Positions 40,922 through 50,363 of a stretch of DNA of 64,000 nucleotides are shown here, one piece after another. The stretch comes from a virus (Duplodnaviria > Caudoviricetes). The stretch spans positions 32,001 to 96,000 of IMG/VR virus record IMGVR_UViG_3300028603_000002. The stretch is one strand, 5' to 3'. Position 1 is the stretch's first letter. Each line of letters starts with the position of its first letter. The notes below the pieces were generated by a model. That model saw only the letters and a program-made list of their open reading frames with translations, was not told the DNA's origin and searched no databases. Position numbers and translations under genes: made by a program.

Positions 40922-42317
40922 CTTTATACAACCATCAAGAAATAACTTGCGTTACTTGAAGTGGTCTTATGATTCAATAAGAAAGAATCAGGGAGATCAC
41001 GAAGTTCAAATATGTATTGCTGATGATGCTTCAACAGATGGTACAAAAGAGTGGTTGGAAGAAGTTAGTAAGACTGATAAGAATTTAGATTATATTGTCA
41101 ATGATACTGGGAAGAGATTGGGTCATACAATACTATATGATAGGTTAGTAAAAGAGGTAGCAAAATATGAATTGTGTATGATCTACCATGCAGATATGTT
41201 TTTATGTCCTGGAGCATTGGATGCTATTGAGAAGCATATGTATAGTGGGATATATACAATTAATGTTGGGACGACACCTGCAAAAGAATTATCCGATCTA
41301 TTCGAAAAAATACAAAGCGAATATAATAATTCTACTAATCGTGATAAACTGCGTACCGAGATTGATGCATTGGGAGTTCCGTATACTTACGATAAATATG
41401 GTATTGCTAATGTAAAAACAATAGTATCTCTTACAAGAATTGAACCACCATTACACCCCGAAGGACCAGAAAAAATAATAGCTGACTTCGGTACTGAACC
41501 TGAAGATTTTAACGAAGATGGATTATTAAAATTTGTAAAAAATCTTAGAAAAGAAAATGAAGGTAAAACTACTGAAGGGATATTTGCACCATGGGCATTT
41601 TGGAAAAGCGAGTTTTTAGAAATTGGTGGTCATGACCCATTATACAAACCTCAATCGAAAGAAGACAGCGACATTTTTAATAGATTCCAACTTAATGGCA
41701 CTAAATTCATACAGACGTGGGAAGGGTTTGTATATCATATGACCTGCCGAGGCAGTAGAAGAAATACACATGATGGAGCACCAAATATTCAAACCAATAA
41801 CCCAGAATGGGAAGCACAGAATATACGTTCAACCCGCAATTTTATTAGAAAATGGGGTTCATTTGTGAAGCATGACGAATACATGAAACCAATTGTGTTG
41901 CCTAAATATCATACTACATTTATTTTGAAAAATATTGTGCCTCCAATTGGTGTAATATCTTATTTTGAACCTTGGTGTAATGTATTGATATTTGATAATA
42001 AGAATAATGTTAAGGAACAATACATAGAACAAGAACAACAAAATACATTGTATGATTTAAATAAAAGACTACGCCCAGATTTATTTGATCAAAAAGTAGA
42101 AGATGTAATTAATAATGAATATCATGATGTAGTAGTTGAAATACCACTTAATACATTAACTGATACTGATATACAATACATTTTTAATATTCCAAGATTA
42201 GTAAAAGATGCGGCAGAATTAAAAAATTGGTACCAGATTGGCAACATACTATTATACATTGATAAGAAAATAGATACTGTAAATGAATTGATAGTAAATA
42301 AAGAAGTGTATGAGTAA
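40902..42317 (+). CDS. GT2 glycosyltransferase
   Basis: ISFIQPSRN, DDASTDGT, HADM, GGHD, EDSDIF. Confidence 0.85.
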   Translation: MQNMKISFIQPSRNNLRYLKWSYDSIRKNQGDHEVQICIADDASTDGTKEWLEEVSKTDKNLDYIVNDTGKRLGHTILYDRLVKEVAKYELCMIYHADMFLCPGALDAIEKHMYSGIYTINVGTTPAKELSDLFEKIQSEYNNSTNRDKLRTEIDALGVPYTYDKYGIANVKTIVSLTRIEPPLHPEGPEKIIADFGTEPEDFNEDGLLKFVKNLRKENEGKTTEGIFAPWAFWKSEFLEIGGHDPLYKPQSKEDSDIFNRFQLNGTKFIQTWEGFVYHMTCRGSRRNTHDGAPNIQTNNPEWEAQNIRSTRNFIRKWGSFVKHDEYMKPIVLPKYHTTFILKNIVPPIGVISYFEPWCNVLIFDNKNNVKEQYIEQEQQNTLYDLNKRLRPDLFDQKVEDVINNEYHDVVVEIPLNTLTDTDIQYIFNIPRLVKDAAELKNWYQIGNILLYIDKKIDTVNELIVNKEVYE

Positions 42318-42357
42318 TAATTAAATTGTTAATTTATATTTATATACGGAGGAAAAC

Positions 42358-42879
42358 ATGTATTATTTCGATTCAGATTTTTTACAATACTATTTAGATC
42401 AAGGAATACAACCGAAAGTGTTAGTAGGTGGTAGGTTCTTAGATATACCATCAAAGGAAGATATCTCAGATCCACAGAAAGGTTATGGTATTGATGAAAG
42501 AGGACAAACACATAGTTTTGATTATAGAATGATTGAAAAATTAATAGCGGGGCAATTTGAGATGGATTTAGGATCTTTACAAACTCATATAGACGGAGAA
42601 GAAGAACCAGAAGAACCAGAAGGCGATGAAAGTATGGAAGATCAAGCATCTATAGATGCGGCTCCAGAAGAAGAAGAACCACCGCAAGAAGGTAAAAGCA
42701 ATAAAACACTTGGTAGAATTTTTGAGGTAACAAATAGAAACTCAGAACTTTATAAATGTAAAGGGGTTATTGTAGAGAATGATACCGGCGGTTTATTGAT
42801 AAAAATACACGAAAGTCCAAAATCAAAATATTTCGCAAAAATAAAATATGTGAGTTATTTAGATGGAAAAGTTAGATGA
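42358..42879 (+). CDS. Acidic hypothetical protein
   Basis: Preceded by TATTTAT and GGAGG. Confidence 0.55.
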   Translation: MYYFDSDFLQYYLDQGIQPKVLVGGRFLDIPSKEDISDPQKGYGIDERGQTHSFDYRMIEKLIAGQFEMDLGSLQTHIDGEEEPEEPEGDESMEDQASIDAAPEEEEPPQEGKSNKTLGRIFEVTNRNSELYKCKGVIVENDTGGLLIKIHESPKSKYFAKIKYVSYLDGKVR

Positions 42880-43078
42880 TGGTTATATGGAAGATATAAT
42901 GGAAGATATGTTCTTATTAATGGCTCAGGAAAATATACCTTGGCCAGAAAAATTTGGATTATATGAAAAAAAATCATTACTTTTAAAGATGAAAGAGTAT
43001 TTTTCTCATTGTGAACAATTTGAAAAGTGTTCATTTCTAACAAGTAAACTAGAAGAAATTATTTCAAATGAGCAATGA
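42863..43078 (+). CDS. Small hypothetical protein (UVR-like EQFEKC helix)
   Basis: ORF track. Confidence 0.5.
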   Translation: MEKLDDGYMEDIMEDMFLLMAQENIPWPEKFGLYEKKSLLLKMKEYFSHCEQFEKCSFLTSKLEEIISNEQ

Positions 43079-43355
43079 CGATTGTGGAAATTGTAAGAAA
43101 GATGGTAAATCAGATCTGAAGTTAGAGCTATTCTTAGAATACAGTCCTAATACTTCTGATGCATCATACACGGAAAGTCTTAGAAAAGTATTTGGATATG
43201 GTGAATATCAGTCCAAATTAGTATTAGACATAGCAAAAAAGAATGGTAGCGTGTCGATTTATGAATCAACAAGAGACGATGTATTGAATATAACAACCAA
43301 ATTAGCATTGGAATCAATACCACATCGAGTTGAAACAGTAAGTAAAATAGTCTAA
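43068..43355 (+). CDS. Divergent ClpS-like protein
   Basis: Length and pattern L.KVFGY...Q......A.KNG.VSI..S resemble the ClpS core; N-degron pocket residues not evident. Confidence 0.4.
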   Translation: MSNDDCGNCKKDGKSDLKLELFLEYSPNTSDASYTESLRKVFGYGEYQSKLVLDIAKKNGSVSIYESTRDDVLNITTKLALESIPHRVETVSKIV

Positions 43356-43356
43356 T

Positions 43357-43710
43357 ATGAGTGTTTTATTCAGTATATTAGTACCAACAATAGCAATAAT
43401 GCAATTAGCAGAAATAATTGCTAATACTGATTTATTAGATCCAATACGAGATCGATTAAAAAGTTATGGTACTATATTCTCTAAGAATTATTATGGAATT
43501 ATACATATAATTGGAGAATTATTCTTATTATTTTATAAGTTTTTATCTTGCTGTTTTTGTATACAGATATGGACATCATTAATATACATAATATATATAG
43601 ATATACCATTAGAAGATATTTATAGTAGTGGATATGTTTTAACAGATGTAATCATCAATACTTTATTTATATCTGCATTATCATGGGCATCTAAAAGATA
43701 TTTAGCATAA
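43357..43710 (+). CDS. Membrane protein (DUF1360-like)
   Basis: TM segments, P.R, LSC.FC..IW. Confidence 0.55.
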   Translation: MSVLFSILVPTIAIMQLAEIIANTDLLDPIRDRLKSYGTIFSKNYYGIIHIIGELFLLFYKFLSCCFCIQIWTSLIYIIYIDIPLEDIYSSGYVLTDVIINTLFISALSWASKRYLA

Positions 43711-43711
43711 T

Positions 43712-44242
43712 ATGAAAAGAAGAGTAGCATACAGGTTAATGGAAGATGAGATTAGATATGCTATGGCGAATAGCAGAAATAATATGGAAGCTGCGAGATT
43801 TTTACATATACATCATTTAACATGGGCAAAATATGCGAAGATGTATATAGATCCGGAAACAAATTTGACTCTATACGAATACCATAAACGATATGGTAAA
43901 CTTAATGCAAAAAGAGCGGCACCTAATGAAATAACAGCTGAGCAAGAAATAAAGAAAATACTAGTAAATAAAACAGGAAAGACTCCATTAAAAATAATTA
44001 AAGCTAAATTAATTAGATCCGGTGTATTGCCGGAAATGTGTCAATACTGTGGATTTCATGAACGAAGATTAACAGATCAAACAGCCCCATTACAATTAGT
44101 TTTCAAAGATGGAAATAAGAAAAATTTGAGCTTAGATAATTTTGAGTTAGTATGTTATAATTGCTACTACTTAATGTTTGATGATATCTTTGAAAAATCA
44201 ACACTTAAAGTACCAAAATTCAGTGAAGGAGGAAATTACTGA
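43712..44242 (+). CDS. HTH plus degenerate HNH-like protein
   Basis: CQYCG...LQLVFKDGNKKN..LDN..LVCYNC; catalytic His absent. Confidence 0.65.
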   Translation: MKRRVAYRLMEDEIRYAMANSRNNMEAARFLHIHHLTWAKYAKMYIDPETNLTLYEYHKRYGKLNAKRAAPNEITAEQEIKKILVNKTGKTPLKIIKAKLIRSGVLPEMCQYCGFHERRLTDQTAPLQLVFKDGNKKNLSLDNFELVCYNCYYLMFDDIFEKSTLKVPKFSEGGNY

Positions 44243-44475
44243 TGACAATAGATTCAATTTATGATTGGTTAATAAATCATGCTCCAAAAAACGGCACTAC
44301 AGCAATTTGGCAGAACTTGGCATCACATATTATGTTGATGAATGAATTAGAGCCTGATAATGTAGAACCTTGTAAAGTTGAGGAGATAAAAAGTTTAGCG
44401 GAGAAATATCAGATTAATATACCTGATGAAACTCATAGAAATATAATGAGTGAATTGCAAAGTTGCAGAGCATGA
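44242..44475 (+). CDS. Hypothetical protein
   Basis: ORF track. Confidence 0.45.
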   Translation: MTIDSIYDWLINHAPKNGTTAIWQNLASHIMLMNELEPDNVEPCKVEEIKSLAEKYQINIPDETHRNIMSELQSCRA

Positions 44476-44568
44476 ATGACAATATATTCGAAAGTTATGG
44501 TAGAGTCATGTTTGACATCTGTAAATTGGAACAGAGGCTGCAAGAATTATATCTAATAAAAGAATCCC

Positions 44569-44991
44569 TTGAACATGAGATTACGAAAAATAATGTTAAC
44601 GATGTTGACGGTGATACTGATACAGAAATCGACCCTAATTCAATCGAGAACTAGCTACAATATATCAGAAAACATTATTGATACTGTAAGTGCAACATGC
44701 TATTATCCAGATCCAAGTCAGACAGATAATACACCATATATAACTGCAGATAATAGCATTATAAATAAAACATCACCAATTAATCATAGATGGATAGCAG
44801 TATCAAGAGATTTATTAGGTGTTTACAATATGGGATGTACAGTTAAAATTTCAAATACTGGAGTATATGATGGGTTATGGGTAGTTAAAGATAAGATGCA
44901 TAAGAGATGGCGTAAGAAAATAGATTTCCTAGTAAACAAAGACAGTTACATTGATTCTTGGGGAGATAGTATAATAATAAAAAGAAAATGA
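44569..44991 (+). CDS. 3D-domain (MltA-like) peptidoglycan-active protein
   Basis: ATCY.P..SQTD.TP.ITA, IAVSRDL, V.D.M..R...IDFL; hydrophobic N-terminus. Confidence 0.75.
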   Translation: MNMRLRKIMLTMLTVILIQKSTLIQSRTSYNISENIIDTVSATCYYPDPSQTDNTPYITADNSIINKTSPINHRWIAVSRDLLGVYNMGCTVKISNTGVYDGLWVVKDKMHKRWRKKIDFLVNKDSYIDSWGDSIIIKRK

Positions 44992-45173
44992 AAAAAGATG
45001 CTTATATAAAAATTTACGTACTGGCAGAAGAACTGAATAGTATATTGAACAAAGGGAAGAAACCAAGTGTGTATTATTTACATAATGCCGACCCTACATT
45101 AGTTGAAATATCTATGCCATCTCATATCGTTGAAGGTTGGGGTGGCCGCCCGAAATCATTACTATTTGGATAA
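44988..45173 (+). CDS. Small hypothetical protein
   Basis: ORF track, ATGA overlap. Confidence 0.5.
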   Translation: MKKDAYIKIYVLAEELNSILNKGKKPSVYYLHNADPTLVEISMPSHIVEGWGGRPKSLLFG

Positions 45174-45433
45174 TGGCTCGTAAGAAGAAAGAAGAGATTG
45201 AAAGGCTGCTTTCTGACATAAATAGTAAAATACTATCATATTACGCCATTCATTGGACCCAACCAGAATGGATATACAGATTCACGAAATTAGCCGATGA
45301 AGTTACAGAGGAAGACTACCAGAGTTACCGTATGCGGGGGTGTAACATGACAAGAAGGATGATTTTTCCATATGATAAAAGAAAACAATATGATACTTTG
45401 TTAAAGAAGAATTCCAAAAAAATCTCGAAATAA
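45173..45433 (+). CDS. Hypothetical protein (likely start ATG 45173)
   Basis: TAATG overlap with the previous stop. Confidence 0.45.
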   Translation: MARKKKEEIERLLSDINSKILSYYAIHWTQPEWIYRFTKLADEVTEEDYQSYRMRGCNMTRRMIFPYDKRKQYDTLLKKNSKKISK

Positions 45434-45465
45434 TTTGGTAATTAGGTATAAATCTTATATCTTTA
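45434..45465 (+). promoter_or_regulatory. Bacteroidota-type promoter TTTGG-N19-TATCTTTA
   Basis: Same spacing at 10019, 53548, 56418, 60580, 62193 and 62847. Confidence 0.75.
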
Positions 45466-45499
45466 TTATGAAATTAAACAAAAACCAATTTTTGAGATT

Positions 45500-46264
45500 A
45501 TGGAATTAGTGAAAAGTTATGATGAATTGTTGAAAGTTGTCCCACAATTGGACAATAAACAACGCCATCCAGATGCCTCCAAACACTACGTGGCAGTAGA
45601 TACTGCAAAAGTAGTTAAAGGATTTATGAATTTAGGATGGCAACCACGTCAGGCATTTTCTAAAAAAGGTAGTTGGGGTCATCATATGATTAAATTAGAG
45701 CATGAAAGTGATCTGAGAGTTGGAGATGATATAATACAAATCGTCATTCAGAATTCATATGATAGAACCAGCAAATTCCAACTTAATGCTGGAGTTTTTC
45801 GAGTTGTTTGTCAAAATGGAATGATTATACCTAAGGAAAACTTAGGAATGGCATCCATCGAACAACGGCATATGGGCTTTGATCCTCAAGAATTTTATAC
45901 AATGGTAAATGAGGTGATGGAAAGTGTATCTAAAGTAGGGAATGTAATCGGATCAATGAAAGCAAAGATCTTATCAACTCCCGAAAAGATAGATTTTGCA
46001 CGAAAAACATCCTTATTGCGAGTTGATGAAAGTGTAGCTGAAACAATCAATTTTGAAGAAATATTGGAACCATCAAGGCCAGAAGATCAATATGATGATT
46101 TGTGGACTGTTTCAAATTTACTTCAAGAGAAGATGATTCGAGGTGGTGTAACGTATGTGACTGATAAAGATCGTTCACGCAGGATGAGAAAATTATCCAA
46201 CTACAAAAGAGAAGTTGAAATTACTGAAGGCATTATGAAACATGCTTTCGAATATTTGAATTAA
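45500..46264 (+). CDS. DUF932/DUF945-family protein
   Basis: HMI.L, NSYDRTS.F...AGVFRVVCQNGMI, RH.G, DLWTV.N.LQE.MIRGG. Confidence 0.8.
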   Translation: MELVKSYDELLKVVPQLDNKQRHPDASKHYVAVDTAKVVKGFMNLGWQPRQAFSKKGSWGHHMIKLEHESDLRVGDDIIQIVIQNSYDRTSKFQLNAGVFRVVCQNGMIIPKENLGMASIEQRHMGFDPQEFYTMVNEVMESVSKVGNVIGSMKAKILSTPEKIDFARKTSLLRVDESVAETINFEEILEPSRPEDQYDDLWTVSNLLQEKMIRGGVTYVTDKDRSRRMRKLSNYKREVEITEGIMKHAFEYLN

Positions 46265-46287
46265 TTGTCCATTTAATAACTAGAGTA

Positions 46288-46318
46288 AGGGGACAATTGA
46301 AAAATTGTCCCTTTTTTT
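46288..46318 (+). terminator. Rho-independent terminator
   Basis: GGGACAATT-gaa-AATTGTCCC followed by a T run. Confidence 0.85.
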
Positions 46319-46329
46319 ATTGAATACGC

Positions 46330-46785
46330 ATGAGAATATTATACAAAAAGGTAAATGGTGATGTTGTAGATATTGTAAAGTACACCAATGAAGTACTTGC
46401 TAAATATCCACATTGTGAAGTAAGGATTGGGACTGATAGTCAAGTACACAGAAAAAGTGTTCGTTATGTTACTGTAATAGCATATAGATGGGGAACAAGG
46501 GGCGTGCACTTAATATACAAGAGTGTAACAGTACCAAAGAAAGGTTTGGATCGTTATACCCGTTTATATAATGAGGCCGTTAGATCAATTGAATTAGCTG
46601 AATATTTAAAAAAAAATGGTATTCTTGTTTCTGGGATTGATATGGACTATAACGGTCAGAAGAAAACACCCTCAACACCAGTTATAGCACCTACGAAGGG
46701 ATGGGCAGAAGGATTAGGTTATACAGTTTACATTAAACCAGATGCACAATTAGCTACTAAAGCAGCAGACGAATTATGTAGATAA
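46330..46785 (+). CDS. RNase H-like YkuK (DUF458) protein
   Basis: IGTDSQ, RL..E..RSIELA, DMDYN, KPD...ATKAAD. Confidence 0.8.
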   Translation: MRILYKKVNGDVVDIVKYTNEVLAKYPHCEVRIGTDSQVHRKSVRYVTVIAYRWGTRGVHLIYKSVTVPKKGLDRYTRLYNEAVRSIELAEYLKKNGILVSGIDMDYNGQKKTPSTPVIAPTKGWAEGLGYTVYIKPDAQLATKAADELCR

Positions 46786-46803
46786 ACCTATATTTATATA
46801 AGT

Positions 46804-47517
46804 ATGGAAAAACTGAGAATATTATATAAAGATGCTTTTTATCAAAATCTCCTTAAAGAAGGAGTATATGATCCCGCAATATTCAAGGCAATATTTATGG
46901 CAGGGGGGCCTGGTTCGGGAAAATCATATATTGCAAAAAAAGTAACAGGGGGATTAGGGTACAAATTCATAAGTTCAGATATTGCTTTTGAACATTTCTT
47001 AAATAAATTAAAGATGTCTCATAAATTGGATAAATTATCTGATGAGGAATTCAATAAAGTAATACGAACTAGAAATAGGGCAAAGGAACTAACTAAGAAA
47101 ATAAAAGCTTCTCATGAAGGTGGGAGATTAGGATTGATATTTGATGGTACAGGGTATGACTATTTAAAGATAAAAAAATTGAGGGATGAAATTACTAAGT
47201 ACGGATATGATACATATATGATTTTTGTGAATACTTCTTTGGATGTAGCATTAGAAAGAAATCAAAAGAGATCAAGAACTGTACCTGAAGACGTAGTGAT
47301 AGGAAAATGGAAAGCAGTGCAAGAAAATATTGGTAAATTTCAAAATTTATTTGGATCTAATTTTACTGTTATTGATAACAATACACCAGATGTTGAAGAA
47401 ACACTTGATTTAGAACGAAAGCAAGTCATGAAATTTACTAAAGCACCCATAAAAAATCCAATTGCGAAACAGTGGATTGATAGAGAATTAGAATTAAAAA
47501 ATAGATTAAGTAAATAA
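46804..47517 (+). CDS. Zeta-toxin-like P-loop kinase
   Basis: AGGPGSGKS, IFDGTG, ALERN..R.R.VP. Confidence 0.75.
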   Translation: MEKLRILYKDAFYQNLLKEGVYDPAIFKAIFMAGGPGSGKSYIAKKVTGGLGYKFISSDIAFEHFLNKLKMSHKLDKLSDEEFNKVIRTRNRAKELTKKIKASHEGGRLGLIFDGTGYDYLKIKKLRDEITKYGYDTYMIFVNTSLDVALERNQKRSRTVPEDVVIGKWKAVQENIGKFQNLFGSNFTVIDNNTPDVEETLDLERKQVMKFTKAPIKNPIAKQWIDRELELKNRLSK

Positions 47518-47650
47518 AAGACATATTTTTTAAAAATATTACTATATTTATTAGTAGAATGAGAAGTAAATATCATATAGATAGTTTGTTTAATATTACA
47601 TGGGTACTGTCTATGTAATAAGGGAGGAATAAGAATCTGACATAGATTTA

Positions 47651-47688
47651 GCCCCTTCCAAAGCAGTTTGAGAGGGGCTTTTTATTTT
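47651..47688 (+). terminator. Rho-independent terminator after a 19-codon leader ORF (47559-47618)
   Basis: GCCCCT...AGGGGC followed by TTTTTATTTT. Confidence 0.7.
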
Positions 47689-47718
47689 GGTGTTGATATT
47701 GTTTAAAGGGAGACAACA

Positions 47719-48084
47719 ATGAAAAAAATACTAACAATTGTCGAACCAGCATTATATTGTAACAATATAGAATCAATATTAACATTAAGTAGAAAGTATA
47801 AAAATGATATTGATATATGGGTAATAACAAATTTGTGCGATGCACATAGCATAAGGATGTTAGAAAAGAAAAGAATCAACTCTTCAAATTTGTATTATGC
47901 CCAAAATAAGCAGGATAAAATACAATTCTGTAAAGAGACTAGTTGTTATCATATAGATGATGACATTAATGATGTTGAAATAATTAAATACGAAGCCAAG
48001 ATTCCAGTTAAATTAATATTTGATAGGAGAATAATTACGGACTATCGCATTTTTTTAGAAAAAAGATTAAAAAAGATTTTGTAG
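47719..48084 (+). CDS. Hypothetical protein (HAD-like remnant)
   Basis: VIT...K...HIDD. Confidence 0.45.
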   Translation: MKKILTIVEPALYCNNIESILTLSRKYKNDIDIWVITNLCDAHSIRMLEKKRINSSNLYYAQNKQDKIQFCKETSCYHIDDDINDVEIIKYEAKIPVKLIFDRRIITDYRIFLEKRLKKIL

Positions 48085-48255
48085 ATATAAAAATGTTATT
48101 TATATTTATGATGTTGAAAAGATATTTGGGTGTTATTATTCTAACACGAAGTTATTTGAAACGCTGGCAGACATAGACGCATACATCTAACCAAGTAATA
48201 CGATCTGGTATGGTAATTTTAGAATTACGAGTCAGGTGTGTATGAGTCATTTTTA

Positions 48256-48329
48256 GTAGGGGTAGCTTAATTGGCGAGAGCACTTGTTTTGGGAACAAGT
48301 AGATGTGGATTCGACTTCCACTCCCTGCA
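48256..48329 (+). tRNA. tRNA-Pro(UGG)
   Basis: Cloverleaf; CTTGT-ttTGGga-ACAAG. Confidence 0.85.
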
Positions 48330-48332
48330 CAA

Positions 48333-48409
48333 AAAATAGAAACATAATATATGTTACTTACATCAATTTCATAGACTGACTTAATTACATATATTGATTA
48401 TTCTATTTT
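48333..48409 (+). ncRNA. ACAU/GAUUA internal-loop motif RNA, copy 1
   Basis: AAAATAGAA-ACAT-AATATATGT-TACTT...ACATATATT-GATTA-TTCTATTTT. Confidence 0.7.
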
Positions 48410-48420
48410 ATTTTAAGAAC

Positions 48421-48536
48421 AAAAAGAAAACATTATTGATGTTACTCTGGATTAATCTCCCGAATGGGGGATTGATAGGTTCGATTCCTATCAGGACCGA
48501 ATGGTCTTGTTATACATCAATTGATTATTTCTTTTT
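48421..48536 (+). ncRNA. ACAU/GAUUA motif RNA, copy 2, with tRNA-like T-arm payload
   Basis: Same motif; the insert has three hairpins including GATAGG-TTCGATT-CCTATC. Confidence 0.7.
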
Positions 48537-48547
48537 TTACAATACAC

Positions 48548-48623
48548 AGCGCGGTGAGTCTGGAGAGGCACCAGGCGCGGTCTCATAAGCCGAACGACGT
48601 GGGTTCGAATCCCACCTGCGCTC
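48548..48623 (+). tRNA. tRNA-Met(CAU), initiator-like
   Basis: AGCGCGG/CTGCGCT acceptor, CGGT-ctCATaa-GCCG, GTTCGAATC. Confidence 0.75.
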
Positions 48624-48670
48624 CTAAAATTTAATTAACTTTTATATTTATTGTTAAAAGGAGTTTCAAT

Positions 48671-48895
48671 ATGGATAAGTACATTTGTACAAAAGAATGG
48701 CCAAGACATGCTAAAGGAGATGTCATTGAGGCATGGGAATATAATAGAATACCACGGGAGATTCAACAAGAACATTTTAAGAAAGTAGAAAAGGAAACTA
48801 AAAAAGAAATTAGGCCTACTGACAAAGGAAAAGGAAAAGTATCATTCACTAAAAAAATTGAAAATGAAGAACCACTGGGTAGTAACAATATCTGA
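48671..48895 (+). CDS. Small hypothetical protein
   Basis: TATTTAT and GGAG upstream. Confidence 0.5.
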   Translation: MDKYICTKEWPRHAKGDVIEAWEYNRIPREIQQEHFKKVEKETKKEIRPTDKGKGKVSFTKKIENEEPLGSNNI

Positions 48896-49034
48896 TGATG
48901 GTAATGTTAAGAAAAAAAGAAAGTTTAAGGGACCTGCAGAAGTAGTAGCAGGACAAGAATATCATAAGCAAATTAAGAAAATGGTAAACATTACTAAACA
49001 TCGTATTAGTAAGAAATACGGATTATAATTATAC

Positions 49035-49406
49035 GGGCCATACAGGAATCGACAGGTATAAGAAGTATATTAGGCGATCCGCACAATGATATTAACGTGC
49101 GTCAAAAAGGTATATCAACACAGAGTTGACAAAAATGTCAGTTTAGATTTGGCACTAGAAGCATTGAAAAATGATACTAGCGGCGGCCGTGCTATTAACA
49201 TGGTTACCAAGCCAGCAGCTTTCGCGGTAGCTGCGTAAACCAAACCGTTCTTCCTGAGCTTTCTACCATGTGTAGGTAGCCAACAATGGTTTTTCTTATT
49301 GTACCCATTAAACAATAAGATGGTGGAGTTGCAGGGTTAGTTTATGATCGTTATTCCTAGTATATGTATTATGTTCTGGATGTGGGTTCGAATCCCACAT
49401 GGTCCA
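49035..49406 (+). ncRNA. ssrA: tmRNA
   Basis: GGGCCAT/ATGGTCC acceptor with G3:U70; GGAATCGAC; 3' T-arm GTGGG-TTCGAAT-CCCAC; tag ORF ending AAFAVAA*. Confidence 0.92.
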
Positions 49407-49480
49407 CTTCAAACATGGAATGGGTCACCTCTAGAGCAGGTGTTGCAATGGGGGTGGCTTTATTAAAAACAAGGAAAGAT

Positions 49481-49990
49481 ATGAAAAAATTAATATTGTT
49501 TATTCTGTTATTAACTGTTACTACATTAAATAGTCAGGCCATAGAACAAAATAAAGTTGATAAAAACATTAAATTGCTTTCCATTCCTATAAATACAGGT
49601 ACTGAACTGACACCAGCTGTGATGGATGTAATAGATCGTGTAGCAATTGAAAATAAGATAAGAAAAGAAGTACAAGCTGAAATGGCAGCTGCTTGTGATG
49701 AAAGGCAATTAGCTATTGAAAAGATGAAGTTGGAAATTGAATGTAGAGGTATTACACCAGGTGAATTAGGAATTGCTCCAGATACTATTTGTGTTGGTTT
49801 AGGATTGTATTCCGAATGGATTGTGCGAGCTATATCTAATACAAGAATTGGTGGTACTTATACCGCATTGTTAGATCCTGCTACATCACTAAGCACACCA
49901 GGCCCATCTGGCACTCTAAGATCACGTACAATTGTAGGATTTGATAAATTTATCCCAGTAGGGACAGTGATTATAATGGCAGAAAAGTAA
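49481..49990 (+). CDS. Secreted hypothetical protein (start at ATG 49481, not 49364)
   Basis: Signal peptide MKKLILFILLLTVTTLNSQA; the upstream extension overlaps tmRNA. Confidence 0.6.
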   Translation: MKKLILFILLLTVTTLNSQAIEQNKVDKNIKLLSIPINTGTELTPAVMDVIDRVAIENKIRKEVQAEMAAACDERQLAIEKMKLEIECRGITPGELGIAPDTICVGLGLYSEWIVRAISNTRIGGTYTALLDPATSLSTPGPSGTLRSRTIVGFDKFIPVGTVIIMAEK

Positions 49991-50192
49991 TTATATTTTT
50001 AGTATGATAGTTTTAAATAAAATATATTATTTAGATCTAGGAAGTTCAAGTCCGGTGGAAGTAAAAACTATATGATTTTTACAAACTGGTGTATTATGTA
50101 AATATCTAAACTCTGCACCTGGTAGGGAAGAGGTTATTGATTACGATTTATTTGAAGAAAGTATTATAAAAGTTCATTAAAACATTTTTAAG

Positions 50193-50363
50193 ATGCCTAG
50201 AAATAACGATCCATTTAAGCCATGGAATGATGTAATGAAAGATACACCATTTGCTCCACATAACGGGCCTGAAGCAGATAATCCATTTAAACCATGGAAT
50301 GATCCTGCAGGAGATACTTCAAGATTAACAGATGAAGAAAAACGTTATTACGGTATAAGATAA
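50193..50363 (+). CDS. 56-aa repeat peptide (3 x D.PF.P[WH]N), not in the ORF track
   Basis: MPRNNDPFKPWNDVMKDTPFAPHNGPEADNPFKPWNDPAG... Confidence 0.6.
   Translation: MPRNNDPFKPWNDVMKDTPFAPHNGPEADNPFKPWNDPAGDTSRLTDEEKRYYGIR

Noticed and set aside
49364-49480. N-terminal extension of the 208-aa ORF
   Set aside because: It overlaps the tmRNA 3' end and a downstream hairpin; the signal peptide begins at ATG 49481.
49995-50070. Possible tRNA pseudogene (GTTCAAGTCC)
   Set aside because: No consistent acceptor, anticodon or T stems.
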